Positions 28,529 through 37,779 of a DNA stretch of 64,000 nucleotides are shown here, piece by piece. Under the pieces are notes generated by a model that saw only the letters and a program-made list of their open reading frames with translations, searched no databases and was not told where the DNA came from. The stretch comes from Alphaproteobacteria bacterium (GTDB taxonomy: Bacteria; Pseudomonadota; Alphaproteobacteria; UBA7887): NCBI GenBank assembly GCA_965216755.1, contig CBDCGL010000011.1:736001-800000 (forward strand), given 5' to 3'. The position numbers and the translations under genes were made by a program. The number at the start of each line of letters is the position of its first letter. Position 1 is the first letter of the stretch.

Positions 28529-30342
28529 CTGATTTGCCCCGTCAAGACACGATACCGACGCTGTTTTGGACATTGGTCCACGAACGCGGCGGAAAGGTGG
28601 CGCTGCGCGAGAAGGATCTTGGGATATGGCGCGCCATTTCCTGGACCGCGTTTGGCGACGCGGTGCGCAAGGTTGCCATGGGGCTGGTGTCACTCGACCT
28701 AGCGCCCGGCGACATGACCTGCATCTTGAGCAACAATCTGCCGGAGTGGGTCTATGCCGATCTTGGAGCATTGTGTGCGGGTGCCGTATCGGTTGGCATT
28801 TATCCGACCGACTCGACTGATCAGGTCGAATACATCCTCAATGATTGTCATGCGAAAGTTTTGTTCGTTGAGGACGAAGAGCAACTTGACAAAGCCCTGG
28901 CGGTCAGGGACAGCACGCCCGGCATGCGTCACATCGTCGTCTTCGACATGGAAGGATTGCGCGGTTTCAGCGATCCGATGGTGATGAGCTTCGAGGAACT
29001 GTGCGAACGGGGGCAGGTCTATGACCGCGACCACCCGGGTGTTTTCGAACAGCGTGTGGTCGGGCCCAACAAGGACGACTTGGCGGTTCTGGTCTATACG
29101 TCAGGCACGACCGGGCCGCCAAAAGGGGCCATGTTAAGCCACGATAACATCGTGTTTTCAGTCACAGAATGTCAGAAGTTCATGCCCTTCTCAGAAGATG
29201 ATGAGCGATTGTCATTTTTGCCGTTGTGCCACGTTGCCGAACGTGTCATCGGCCTTTATTGGTCACTTGCCAGCGGTGCGGTCTGCAACTTCGCGGAGAG
29301 CGTGGAGACGGTTGCGGAAAACGTGTGTGAAGTTCAACCTACGGTCATGCTGGCGGTGCCGCGCATTTGGGAGAAGTTCTACTCGGCGATCACCATTACG
29401 ATGTCTGAGGCAACACCACTTGCCCGTTGGGCCTATGGCAAAGCCATGAGTCTAGGCGAGCAAATGGTTGCCTATAAATTGGACCAAAGGCCGGCACCGC
29501 TAGCGTTGCGTTTTCGCTATTGGCTGGCGTCTCAATTGGTTCTGGGCAACATTCGGCGGGCGATGGGACTTGATCGGGCACGTTGGTTGATCTCGGGTGC
29601 CGCGCCGATCTCGCCAGATCTGATTCGCTGGTACCTGGCGCTCGGCCTCGACATGGGCGAGGGGTACGGGCAGACGGAGAGCTCTGGCTTCGCGACGTTG
29701 ATGCCATGGGACAATTTGAAACCCGGTACGATCGGACAGCCGGCACCGTTCAACGACATCAAGATCTCGCCGGAGAATGAGATCCTGATACGGGGCAGGA
29801 ATGTCTTTATGGGCTACTACAACAATTCCGAGAAGACCGCCGAAACTATACGTGATGGATGGTTGCATACGGGCGATATTGGTTCGATCGACAATGAAGG
29901 CTTCGTGCGCATCACCGATCGTATGAAGGACATTATCATCACCGCGGGCGGCAAGAATGTCACGCCATCGGAAATCGAGAACCAGCTGAAATTTAGCCCC
30001 TACATCTCGGATGCGGTTGTTATCGGGGATCGGCGCAAATACTTGACCTGTCTAGTTATGATCGATCACGACAATGTCGTGAAGTTTGCGCAGGACCATA
30101 ATGTGCCCTTTACCAATTTCGCCAGTCTCACCAGGGCGACAGCGGTGATTGACTTGATCGGACAGGAAGTCGAGGCGGTAAACGCAAAGTTCGCGCGTGT
30201 CGAGACGATCAAGCAGTTTCGGCTGATCGGCCAGATGCTGGATCCGGAAGATGACGAATTGACGCCAACGATGAAACTGAAGCGGAAATTCGTGAATGAA
30301 AAATATGGCACCTTGATTGATGGCATGTACGCCGGCGCATAA
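28501..30342 (+). CDS. Long-chain-fatty-acid-CoA ligase (FAA1/ACSL-type)
   Basis: YTSGTTGPPKG, GYGQTE, WLHTGDIG, ITDRMKDIIITAGGKN, LTPTMKLKR. Confidence 0.92.
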   Translation: MEKEKALALTDLPRQDTIPTLFWTLVHERGGKVALREKDLGIWRAISWTAFGDAVRKVAMGLVSLDLAPGDMTCILSNNLPEWVYADLGALCAGAVSVGIYPTDSTDQVEYILNDCHAKVLFVEDEEQLDKALAVRDSTPGMRHIVVFDMEGLRGFSDPMVMSFEELCERGQVYDRDHPGVFEQRVVGPNKDDLAVLVYTSGTTGPPKGAMLSHDNIVFSVTECQKFMPFSEDDERLSFLPLCHVAERVIGLYWSLASGAVCNFAESVETVAENVCEVQPTVMLAVPRIWEKFYSAITITMSEATPLARWAYGKAMSLGEQMVAYKLDQRPAPLALRFRYWLASQLVLGNIRRAMGLDRARWLISGAAPISPDLIRWYLALGLDMGEGYGQTESSGFATLMPWDNLKPGTIGQPAPFNDIKISPENEILIRGRNVFMGYYNNSEKTAETIRDGWLHTGDIGSIDNEGFVRITDRMKDIIITAGGKNVTPSEIENQLKFSPYISDAVVIGDRRKYLTCLVMIDHDNVVKFAQDHNVPFTNFASLTRATAVIDLIGQEVEAVNAKFARVETIKQFRLIGQMLDPEDDELTPTMKLKRKFVNEKYGTLIDGMYAGA

Positions 30343-30362
30343 GACGTACGAGGGAGTAGGAG

Positions 30363-31544
30363 ATGGTAACCAATATGTTCAAATACATTGCGCCGGTGGT
30401 GGCCGCCGCTCTGGTTGCGACATCGACCAGCGGACTTGCCGACGATCCGCAGGGTGTGACCGGCACCGAGGTGGTCATTGGATCTCACCAAGACCTAAGT
30501 GGGCCCATCACATTTTGGGGTGTGCCCGTCAAGAACGGCATGATGATGGCGGCGGAAGAGATCAATGCGGCTGGAGGGGTCCACGGCCGCACCCTCAAAC
30601 TGCTCATTGAGGATTCGGGTTACGACCCGAAGAAAGCCGTCCTAGCGACTCAGAAGTTGCTGACCCGCGATGAAATATTTGTCATGGCCGGCGCCATGGG
30701 GACGCCAACCGTGCTCGCGTCCATGCCGTTGGTACTCAAGAAAGGCCTGCCACACATTTTCCCTTTGACCGCCGCTGAGCAAACCTACGAGCCCTTCAAT
30801 CCGCTGACGTTCGCCATGTTCACGCCCTATTACCATTCGATGCGCGCGGGAACGAAATACATGATTGAAACGTTCGACAAAAAGCGCCCGTGCGCGATGC
30901 ATCAAGACGACGAGTTTGGCTTGAACAACTTGCGCGGTGTCGAGCAGCAGCTGGACGAAATGGGCATGGAACTGGTCTCCGTGACCAGCTACAAGCGCGG
31001 CGCGACCGACTTTTCCAGCCAGATTGCGCGCATGCGTGGCGACGATTGTGACGTTGTCTTTCTGGCGACCATAATCCGTGAAACCGTCGGCGCCATGGCG
31101 GAAGCACGCAAACTGGGCTGGAATGTCGATTTCCTTACCGGACAAGCCGGTTTTGCACCCGAGGTCGCGCTTCTTGGCAAAGACGTCGTCGAAGGGTTGT
31201 ACGGGGTCGGACAAACCCCGATCCCATATCGTGACACGGCGGATGAGGCGGTTGGCACTTGGATGGATCGCTACAAGGACATGTTTGGCAGCGAGGCCAA
31301 TATTCAAGCTGTTGCCGGTTACAATGTTGTGATGCTAACCGCCGAGGGGTTACAGAATGCGGGCCCCGCTCTGACAGTCGAGGCATTTGTTGCCGGGCTC
31401 GAACAGATCAATGGCTACGAAGATATTTTCGGCAGTGCACCGGTGACCTTCAGCAGCGACAACCATCTTGGCAATACACGCGTATTCGTGAGCCAGATAC
31501 GGGATGGCCGTTGGGAACGCCTTACCGAGCCTCTGCTATTCTGA
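30363..31544 (+). CDS. ABC transporter substrate-binding protein (LivJ/LivK-like fold)
   Basis: Signal peptide; QGVTGTEVVIG, INAAGGVHGR, EDSGYDP, TDFSSQ. Confidence 0.9.
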   Translation: MVTNMFKYIAPVVAAALVATSTSGLADDPQGVTGTEVVIGSHQDLSGPITFWGVPVKNGMMMAAEEINAAGGVHGRTLKLLIEDSGYDPKKAVLATQKLLTRDEIFVMAGAMGTPTVLASMPLVLKKGLPHIFPLTAAEQTYEPFNPLTFAMFTPYYHSMRAGTKYMIETFDKKRPCAMHQDDEFGLNNLRGVEQQLDEMGMELVSVTSYKRGATDFSSQIARMRGDDCDVVFLATIIRETVGAMAEARKLGWNVDFLTGQAGFAPEVALLGKDVVEGLYGVGQTPIPYRDTADEAVGTWMDRYKDMFGSEANIQAVAGYNVVMLTAEGLQNAGPALTVEAFVAGLEQINGYEDIFGSAPVTFSSDNHLGNTRVFVSQIRDGRWERLTEPLLF

Positions 31545-31577
31545 GGGACCTGGGTTCTATTCTGAGGGACCAGGGTT
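31536..31577 (+). repeat. 21-bp tandem direct repeat (2 copies, 1 mismatch) spanning the binding-protein stop codon
   Basis: CTATTCTGAGGGACCTGGGTT followed directly by CTATTCTGAGGGACCAGGGTT. Confidence 0.9.
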
Positions 31578-31624
31578 CGCGGAAAACGCGATTCAGGCTA
31601 AAACGGAAGCGGGAACGATGCAGG

Positions 31625-32923
31625 TTAATAGCTAACCCGCTTCCAAGCGCCGGTGCCGTAACGGCCGCTCATCACAAGGGTCTTGGAATCGGGCACCGTG
31701 TATGTGCCCTCGTCTTGCCAGTTCGGCCCGCGCATCGACCACGTGCCACCAATGGTCGTGAACTTGCCACTATGTGGGCCGAAGATTGGGTTATCGCTAG
31801 TGAAATTGTAGGTGCTATCCTGGTTGACGACCAGTTGAAATCGGGCCCGTACGTCTTCGAACGGCACGTACATCTCCCACACGCCAACCACATCCGGGTC
31901 GATCGCGGCGGCCGGCGGATCGTTCTTGATCGCGACTTTGTCCACGGTGTCCGTTACGTTTGCTGAGCCGGATTTTTTCAGCTGCTCAACCTTGATTTGT
32001 GCGATCAGGGCATAAGCGCCTTCTGGATATTGCGCCAAATAAGCTTCAAAGAGCGCCGGATTGCCGCTGTCTTGTATCGATTGCCAGAATACCGTTTCTT
32101 TGTCCGCGGCCGCTTTCGTCATGTCTTCGACGGTTTCGTCCGACGCCTCGGGCGAGGGGTTGAAAAAGAAATCACCGGTAAGCGACGAGGCTTCCCACGG
32201 CACCTGGAAGTCTTGGGTTTCGGCCATCACTCGAACGCGAACATTCTTGAAAACTTCTTCGACCTTCAGTCCGGGTTCGCGGATCATCGTCGCCAACGCC
32301 GCGGTGAAGGGGCTGTTAGGTTCATTTGGGTCACCATCGGACGCCACATCGCCAGGGGCGGTCGCGTACGAAATGTAGGCGCCGGTCGGGGCGCGCATCT
32401 CCGCCAGCCCCCGCGCGCTGGCGCGGAAGCTGCGTTTGAATGGATTGTTGCGACAGGCATCCAGAATCAGAATGTTGAGGGCATTGCCGGCGAACTCCAT
32501 GCCGCCGAGCACCCAATCGGCGGCCACCGCCTCAACTTCTAAGTCGCGTTCACGCAGTATCGGCGCACCGAGCGGAATCAGATAATTGCGGCCGTTTGCC
32601 TGGACCCCATGGCCGGCGTAATAGAACAAACCGACTGCATCTTTGCCGGCCTTTTCCAATTTCTCGCTGAATTCGGCGATCGCGGTCTTCATCTGGCGTT
32701 GGTCGACATCGATCGCGCTCAGCACTTCGAATCCGACCGCATGCAATGTCGCCGCCACGAGGCTGGCATCGTTGGCCGGGTTTGCGAGCGATGGGATTTC
32801 CGTATAGGCGCCGTTGCCGACGACCAGGGCAATGCGCTGCTGCGCGATCGCCGGTCCGTGAACGCAGGCCAACACAAAGACACAGACAACGAATTGGACA
32901 CTTCGAAGCTTCAATCGGCCCAT
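31625..32923 (-). CDS. Exported caspase-like protease (peptidase C14) with C-terminal domains
   Basis: Signal peptide ending AIA-QQ; RIALVVGNGAY, LANPANDA, YYAGHG (His), ILDACRNNP (Cys), QVPW. RBS GGGAGG before ATG at 32923. Confidence 0.92.
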   Translation of the reverse strand: MGRLKLRSVQFVVCVFVLACVHGPAIAQQRIALVVGNGAYTEIPSLANPANDASLVAATLHAVGFEVLSAIDVDQRQMKTAIAEFSEKLEKAGKDAVGLFYYAGHGVQANGRNYLIPLGAPILRERDLEVEAVAADWVLGGMEFAGNALNILILDACRNNPFKRSFRASARGLAEMRAPTGAYISYATAPGDVASDGDPNEPNSPFTAALATMIREPGLKVEEVFKNVRVRVMAETQDFQVPWEASSLTGDFFFNPSPEASDETVEDMTKAAADKETVFWQSIQDSGNPALFEAYLAQYPEGAYALIAQIKVEQLKKSGSANVTDTVDKVAIKNDPPAAAIDPDVVGVWEMYVPFEDVRARFQLVVNQDSTYNFTSDNPIFGPHSGKFTTIGGTWSMRGPNWQDEGTYTVPDSKTLVMSGRYGTGAWKRVSY

Positions 32924-33060
32924 GATCGCCGAACCTCCCGTCTGTATTATGGCTCCCATAACGGGACACCGTAAAGACACGACAAGTAGACATCTGATTC
33001 CGATTTCGTTCTGACCGGGGTTGGCGGTACGGTGGTTCGTCATAACTCAATCTGAGACTG

Positions 33061-34221
33061 GTGCCCATGCAATTGACCCCAGAACACGAAGCTTTGCGCG
33101 CCTCCGTAGGGCGTTTTATCGACCAGGAAATCAATCCGCATGTCGATGACTGGGAAGCCGCCGAGGATTTTCCCGCACACGGCCTATTTAGGAAACTGGG
33201 CGATGCGGGTTTCTTGGGCGTTACCAAGCCGAATGCATATGGCGGCATGGGGCTGGACTATTCCTATGCGATGGTGTTGGCCGAGGCCCTCGGGCATGTG
33301 CACTGCGGTGGTGTGCCGATGGCGATCGGGGTGCAAACCGACATGTGTACGCCTGCATTGGCACGGTTTGGCGAGGACCGTTTGTGTCGGGAATTCCTGG
33401 CACCGGCAATCGCCGGTGAAGCGATCGGCTGTATCGGCGTCAGCGAACCAGGTGGGGGATCCGATGTCGCGGCGATCCGCACAAATGCCCGCGCCGATGG
33501 CGACGACTACGTCATCGACGGGCACAAGATCTGGATAACCAATGGCGCCCACGCCGATTGGACGTGCTTGCTGGCCAACACGGGCGATGGCCCTGCCCAC
33601 CACAACAAGTCATTGATCATTGTACCGATGAAGACACCTGGCGTTACGGTCGCGCGCCGAATTCGGACGCTCGGCATGTGGTCATCGGACACGACGGAAA
33701 TTCTGTTTGACTCCGTGCGGGTTCCAAAGCGCAACCGCATCGGCGACGAAAACAAAGGTTTCATTTACCAGATGTTGCAATTCCAAGAGGAGCGCTTGTG
33801 GGCCGGCGCCAATATGGTCGCCATGCTGGACGACGCCATTGTCGATGTGGCCGCGTATACGCGCGACAGGCATGTATTCGGGCGACCGGTACTAAACAAT
33901 CAGGTCGTGCACTTCCGGCTGAGCGAACTTGCCACGGAAGTGGAGAGTTTGCGCGCACTGGTTTACCGCGCCACCGAGGACTATATCGCAGGGCAAGACG
34001 TGACCCGATTGGCATCGATGGTCAAACTAAAGGCTGGACGGCTAGGGCGCGAAGTCGCGGATGCGTGCCTTCAATACTACGGAGCCCAGGGCTATGTTTG
34101 GGACTCACGCATCGCACGGCTTTATCGCGACGTTCGGTTGGCGTCGATTGGCGCTGGCGCCGATGAAGTGATGCTTTCGATTATTTCTCGTCTCGACGGC
34201 TTCGCGCCGGACGGCCGCTAA
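33061..34221 (+). CDS. atuD: Acyl-CoA dehydrogenase, AtuD (citronellyl-CoA dehydrogenase)-like
   Basis: GGVPMAIGVQTDMCTPALARFG, IGVSEPGGGSDVA, KIWITNG, QFQEERL, SIGAGADEVM. Family call strong; orthology inferred from motifs and context. Confidence 0.75.
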   Translation: MPMQLTPEHEALRASVGRFIDQEINPHVDDWEAAEDFPAHGLFRKLGDAGFLGVTKPNAYGGMGLDYSYAMVLAEALGHVHCGGVPMAIGVQTDMCTPALARFGEDRLCREFLAPAIAGEAIGCIGVSEPGGGSDVAAIRTNARADGDDYVIDGHKIWITNGAHADWTCLLANTGDGPAHHNKSLIIVPMKTPGVTVARRIRTLGMWSSDTTEILFDSVRVPKRNRIGDENKGFIYQMLQFQEERLWAGANMVAMLDDAIVDVAAYTRDRHVFGRPVLNNQVVHFRLSELATEVESLRALVYRATEDYIAGQDVTRLASMVKLKAGRLGREVADACLQYYGAQGYVWDSRIARLYRDVRLASIGAGADEVMLSIISRLDGFAPDGR

Positions 34222-34236
34222 TTCCGTCTTTGCACC

Positions 34237-36180
34237 ATGATCGACTATGCATCCCTCGGTCCGTTGCTGATCGCAAATCGCGGTGAAATTGCTTGCCGCG
34301 TCATGCGCACGGCGCGGACACTCGGTTTGCGGACCATAGCCATTTACAGCGACGCCGATGCGACCGCGCCCCATGTGCTATCGGCCAACACGGCTGTGCG
34401 GATCGGGCCTGCACCGGTTGGCGAGTCTTATTTGTCGTTCAACGCCATTCTCGCGGCTGCACGACAGACGGGTGCTCGCGCGGTGCATCCGGGCTATGGG
34501 TTTCTCGCGGAGAATGCCGATTTCGCGGCGGCTTGCGTAGACGCCGACCTGATCTTTGTTGGTCCCGCACCCGAGGTTATACGGCTGATGGGTGACAAAC
34601 GCGCGGCCAAAGAGCGTATGTTGGCAGCCGGGGTGCGGTGTGTACCCGGTTGGCAAGGGGCGGCGCAAGACGAGAAAAGCCTGACCGCCGCCGCGCGCGA
34701 AGTGGGGTTCCCGCTCATGATCAAGGCCGCGGCGGGCGGCGGCGGCCGCGGCATGCGTCGCGTCGAAAGATCTGACGATCTTGCCGAGACCCTTGACGCA
34801 GCGCGGCGCGAAGCGATCGGCGCGTTCGGCGATGGGACGCTGATACTGGAAGCGGCAATCGATGGCGGGCGCCATATCGAAGTTCAAATATTTGGTGATC
34901 GGCGCGGCAACATAATTCATTTGGGCGAACGGGATTGCTCGGTGCAACGGCGCCATCAAAAGATCATCGAAGAGGCTCCGGCGCCAAACCTGCCTGACGC
35001 GACGCGGCGCGCCGTGCATGACGCTGCTGTTCGCGTCGCCGGCGCGATCGGGTACGAGGGTGCGGGTACCGTCGAGTTCCTCGTCGACCAATCGTACAAT
35101 GTTTATTTCATGGAAATGAATACACGCCTTCAAGTCGAACATGGTGTGACCGAAGCCATCACCGGCGAGGACTTGGTTGCCTGGCAACTTGCTGTCGCCG
35201 CGGGCGCGCCACTACCGAAACGCCAAGACCAAATTTCATCTGACGGCCATGCCATAGAAGTGCGCCTCTATGCCGAAGATGCCAACAACGGCTTCGCGCC
35301 GCAGACCGGGCGTATCGCGCAATGGCGTGTTCCGAATCGGACGGCAATCCGAGTCGATGACGCTCTTGAAGTGGGGCAGCCGATCACCCACCACTATGAC
35401 CCGATGCTGGCAAAGATCATCGCGCACGGCACCACGCGCGATCAGGCCCGCGCAGATCTTGTGAATGCCATCTCGGAGACGGAAATACTTGGCGTGACAT
35501 CGAACAAGTATTTCTTGCGGCAAATTTTGACGAATGACACCTTTGTCACCGGCGACGCGACAACGGATTTCGTTGAAAAGGTCTTTCCCGCCCCGGCCGA
35601 CACCAACAGCCCGTCGGCGCATACTCGTGCCGTTGCGGCTGTTTTGCTTTTCGATCGGGATGCGGGTCCGGCAGCGGACGGTTGGCGCAATAGCGGCGTG
35701 GCGCGCTGGCCGGTGCAGTTGTGCGCGGCTAACGTTGAGTCCAATCTGTGGGTGGAAACTATCGGATCGCACCAACGCCGCGTCTCAATTGCCGATCAGG
35801 AAATTATTATTGACGTCAAAGATACCATAAAACTCATCGCGACCGCTTTCCACGATGGTGTGCTTTTCATGGACGACGGCTCTGGCGTGTTTGCTTTTCA
35901 GGACGCGACTTACGCGCCCGCCGACATGTTGGGCGGACCAGCCGATGGTCGCGTCACAGCGGCAATGAGTGGTCGCGTGCTGCAAGTGACGGCGGCCAAG
36001 GGTGACAGAATCGAGAAGGGCGAACGTTTGTTTGTGTTGGAATCCATGAAAATGGAGCATCAGTTGAGTAGCGACATCTCTGGAATCGTAATCGACGTCT
36101 TGGTTTGCGATGGCGAACAGGTGCAGGCGGGTCAAGTTCTGGCCTTCATTGACAGCGCACGCGACGCCGATGATGGATGA
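34237..36180 (+). CDS. atuF: Biotin carboxylase/biotin carrier subunit of an acyl-CoA carboxylase (geranyl-CoA carboxylase alpha-like)
   Basis: LIANRGEIA, HPGYGFLAEN, GGGGRGMR, ERDCSVQRRHQK, EMNTRLQVEH, biotinylation motif ESMKME. Orthology inferred from context. Confidence 0.75.
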   Translation: MIDYASLGPLLIANRGEIACRVMRTARTLGLRTIAIYSDADATAPHVLSANTAVRIGPAPVGESYLSFNAILAAARQTGARAVHPGYGFLAENADFAAACVDADLIFVGPAPEVIRLMGDKRAAKERMLAAGVRCVPGWQGAAQDEKSLTAAAREVGFPLMIKAAAGGGGRGMRRVERSDDLAETLDAARREAIGAFGDGTLILEAAIDGGRHIEVQIFGDRRGNIIHLGERDCSVQRRHQKIIEEAPAPNLPDATRRAVHDAAVRVAGAIGYEGAGTVEFLVDQSYNVYFMEMNTRLQVEHGVTEAITGEDLVAWQLAVAAGAPLPKRQDQISSDGHAIEVRLYAEDANNGFAPQTGRIAQWRVPNRTAIRVDDALEVGQPITHHYDPMLAKIIAHGTTRDQARADLVNAISETEILGVTSNKYFLRQILTNDTFVTGDATTDFVEKVFPAPADTNSPSAHTRAVAAVLLFDRDAGPAADGWRNSGVARWPVQLCAANVESNLWVETIGSHQRRVSIADQEIIIDVKDTIKLIATAFHDGVLFMDDGSGVFAFQDATYAPADMLGGPADGRVTAAMSGRVLQVTAAKGDRIEKGERLFVLESMKMEHQLSSDISGIVIDVLVCDGEQVQAGQVLAFIDSARDADDG

Positions 36181-37037
36181 TGATGGACAAGGCGATAATC
36201 ACCTGCGCGCTGACCGGCGTGCTCACCGATCCGACCAAACATCCGGTACCGGTTACAGTCACTGAAATGGCGCAATCGGCACGCGAGGCCTTCGACGCCG
36301 GCGCGACGATCATGCATGTGCATTTTCGTCGCCAAGAGCCTGACCAAGGTCACCTTCCAAGTTGGGAACCTGACGTCGCGGCACCGATCATCGACGCCAT
36401 ACGCGACGTTTGCCCGGGCGTGATCATCAATATGTCCACCGGCGTGATTGGCCCGGATGTATCCGGGCCGTTGGCGTGTCTGGATCGACTGCGACCGGAA
36501 ATCGCCGCCTGCAATGCCGGCACGCTCAACTACCTCAAGACCCGCGCCGATGGGTCATGGGCTTGGCGGCCGATCGTATTTGACAATCCGGTCGACAAGA
36601 TCGAGACGATGCTGGACGCCATGGCGCGCACCAAGACCCATCCGGAATTTGAGTGCTTCGACGTCGGCATTGTGCGCTCTGTCGCACTTTACGTTGAAAA
36701 CGGCATGGCGCAGGCGCCGAGCTATAACTTCGTGATGGGCGTTGCCTCGGGCATGCCGGCAGATGCGGAGCTGCTGCCCTTATTGCTGCGCTATCGGCTG
36801 CCGGACCATCCGTGGCAAGTCACGGCCATCGGGCGTGAAGAGGTCTGGCCCTTGCACCGTCGCGCTGCGGAACTCGGCGGCGCGCTGCGCACGGGCGTTG
36901 AGGATACGTTTTATCTGCCTGATGGGCGCCGGGCGCGCGGCAACGGCGACTTGGTGGACGCGTTGGCGGCTACCGCGCGTCTGGTCGGTCGCGACATCGC
37001 GTCCGCCGAGGAAGCGCGCACGGCATTGAGTATTTAG
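36177..37037 (+). CDS. Beta-keto acid cleavage enzyme (BKACE/DUF849; 3-keto-5-aminohexanoate cleavage family)
   Basis: IITCALTG, HVHFR (Zn ligands), NMSTG, PEFECFD, RTGVED. Confidence 0.92.
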   Translation: MMMDKAIITCALTGVLTDPTKHPVPVTVTEMAQSAREAFDAGATIMHVHFRRQEPDQGHLPSWEPDVAAPIIDAIRDVCPGVIINMSTGVIGPDVSGPLACLDRLRPEIAACNAGTLNYLKTRADGSWAWRPIVFDNPVDKIETMLDAMARTKTHPEFECFDVGIVRSVALYVENGMAQAPSYNFVMGVASGMPADAELLPLLLRYRLPDHPWQVTAIGREEVWPLHRRAAELGGALRTGVEDTFYLPDGRRARGNGDLVDALAATARLVGRDIASAEEARTALSI

Positions 37038-37044
37038 GACCGAT

Positions 37045-37716
37045 TTAAGGCGTTGTCGCGGGCGGGATGGTAAAGCCGTGCACTTCGGCGTGGGTCTTGC
37101 CCGATTCAAGTTGTGCGATCCAGCCGGCTTCCTTTTCCATTTTTGCCTGCGCACGGGCGATCACTTCGCGAAGTTCCGTTTGCGGGATAACGACAACACC
37201 GTCGTCGTCGCCGACAATCACATCGCCCGGAACGACGCGAATGCCACCAACGATGATGGGCCCATCAATGATGCCGCGCGGATCAAATCCGGCGCCATGG
37301 GGGGTCGCGCCGCGCGCGTAGACCGGGAAATCGCGGCCCCGGATCTCGCCAATGTCGCGCACCGCGCCGTCAACGACGCACCCAGCATAGCCGCGTTTTG
37401 CGGCGCCAAAAGCCATGATCCCGCCAAGGCTGGCGTGGTCGACGCCACCGCCGCCGTCAATCACCAACACTTCACCGGGATTGCCGAGTGCAATTGTGCA
37501 GATCGCTGCTTCGACCGTGCCGGGGCAAAAGACCGTGCGCGCCTGGCCCACCATCGGCATACCGGGCCGGACCGGCTTGATTGCGCCGGTCATGGTGCCG
37601 CCGCTGAACATCGCATCTGACAGCAACGTCGTGTCGAGTGCGTCAAGGGCGCGGCGCGTTTCATCGTCGAGTGGCGCGAAGTCAGTTTTGTGACGCGTGA
37701 TTGTCATGCGGTCCAA
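37045..37716 (-). CDS. RraA/HMG-aldolase family protein
   Basis: LSDAM, GEVLVIDGGG, LGGIM, VVDGAVRD, PGDVIVGDDDGVV. Confidence 0.9.
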   Translation of the reverse strand: MDRMTITRHKTDFAPLDDETRRALDALDTTLLSDAMFSGGTMTGAIKPVRPGMPMVGQARTVFCPGTVEAAICTIALGNPGEVLVIDGGGGVDHASLGGIMAFGAAKRGYAGCVVDGAVRDIGEIRGRDFPVYARGATPHGAGFDPRGIIDGPIIVGGIRVVPGDVIVGDDDGVVVIPQTELREVIARAQAKMEKEAGWIAQLESGKTHAEVHGFTIPPATTP

Positions 37717-37779
37717 CCATCATGCTTGGGGTTTGAGACGCGCGAACTTAGACAAATTGACCGCCGCGGAAAAGCACTC

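Noticed and set aside
31536-31577. CRISPR repeat
   Set aside because: Only two adjacent copies, no spacer and no cas genes.
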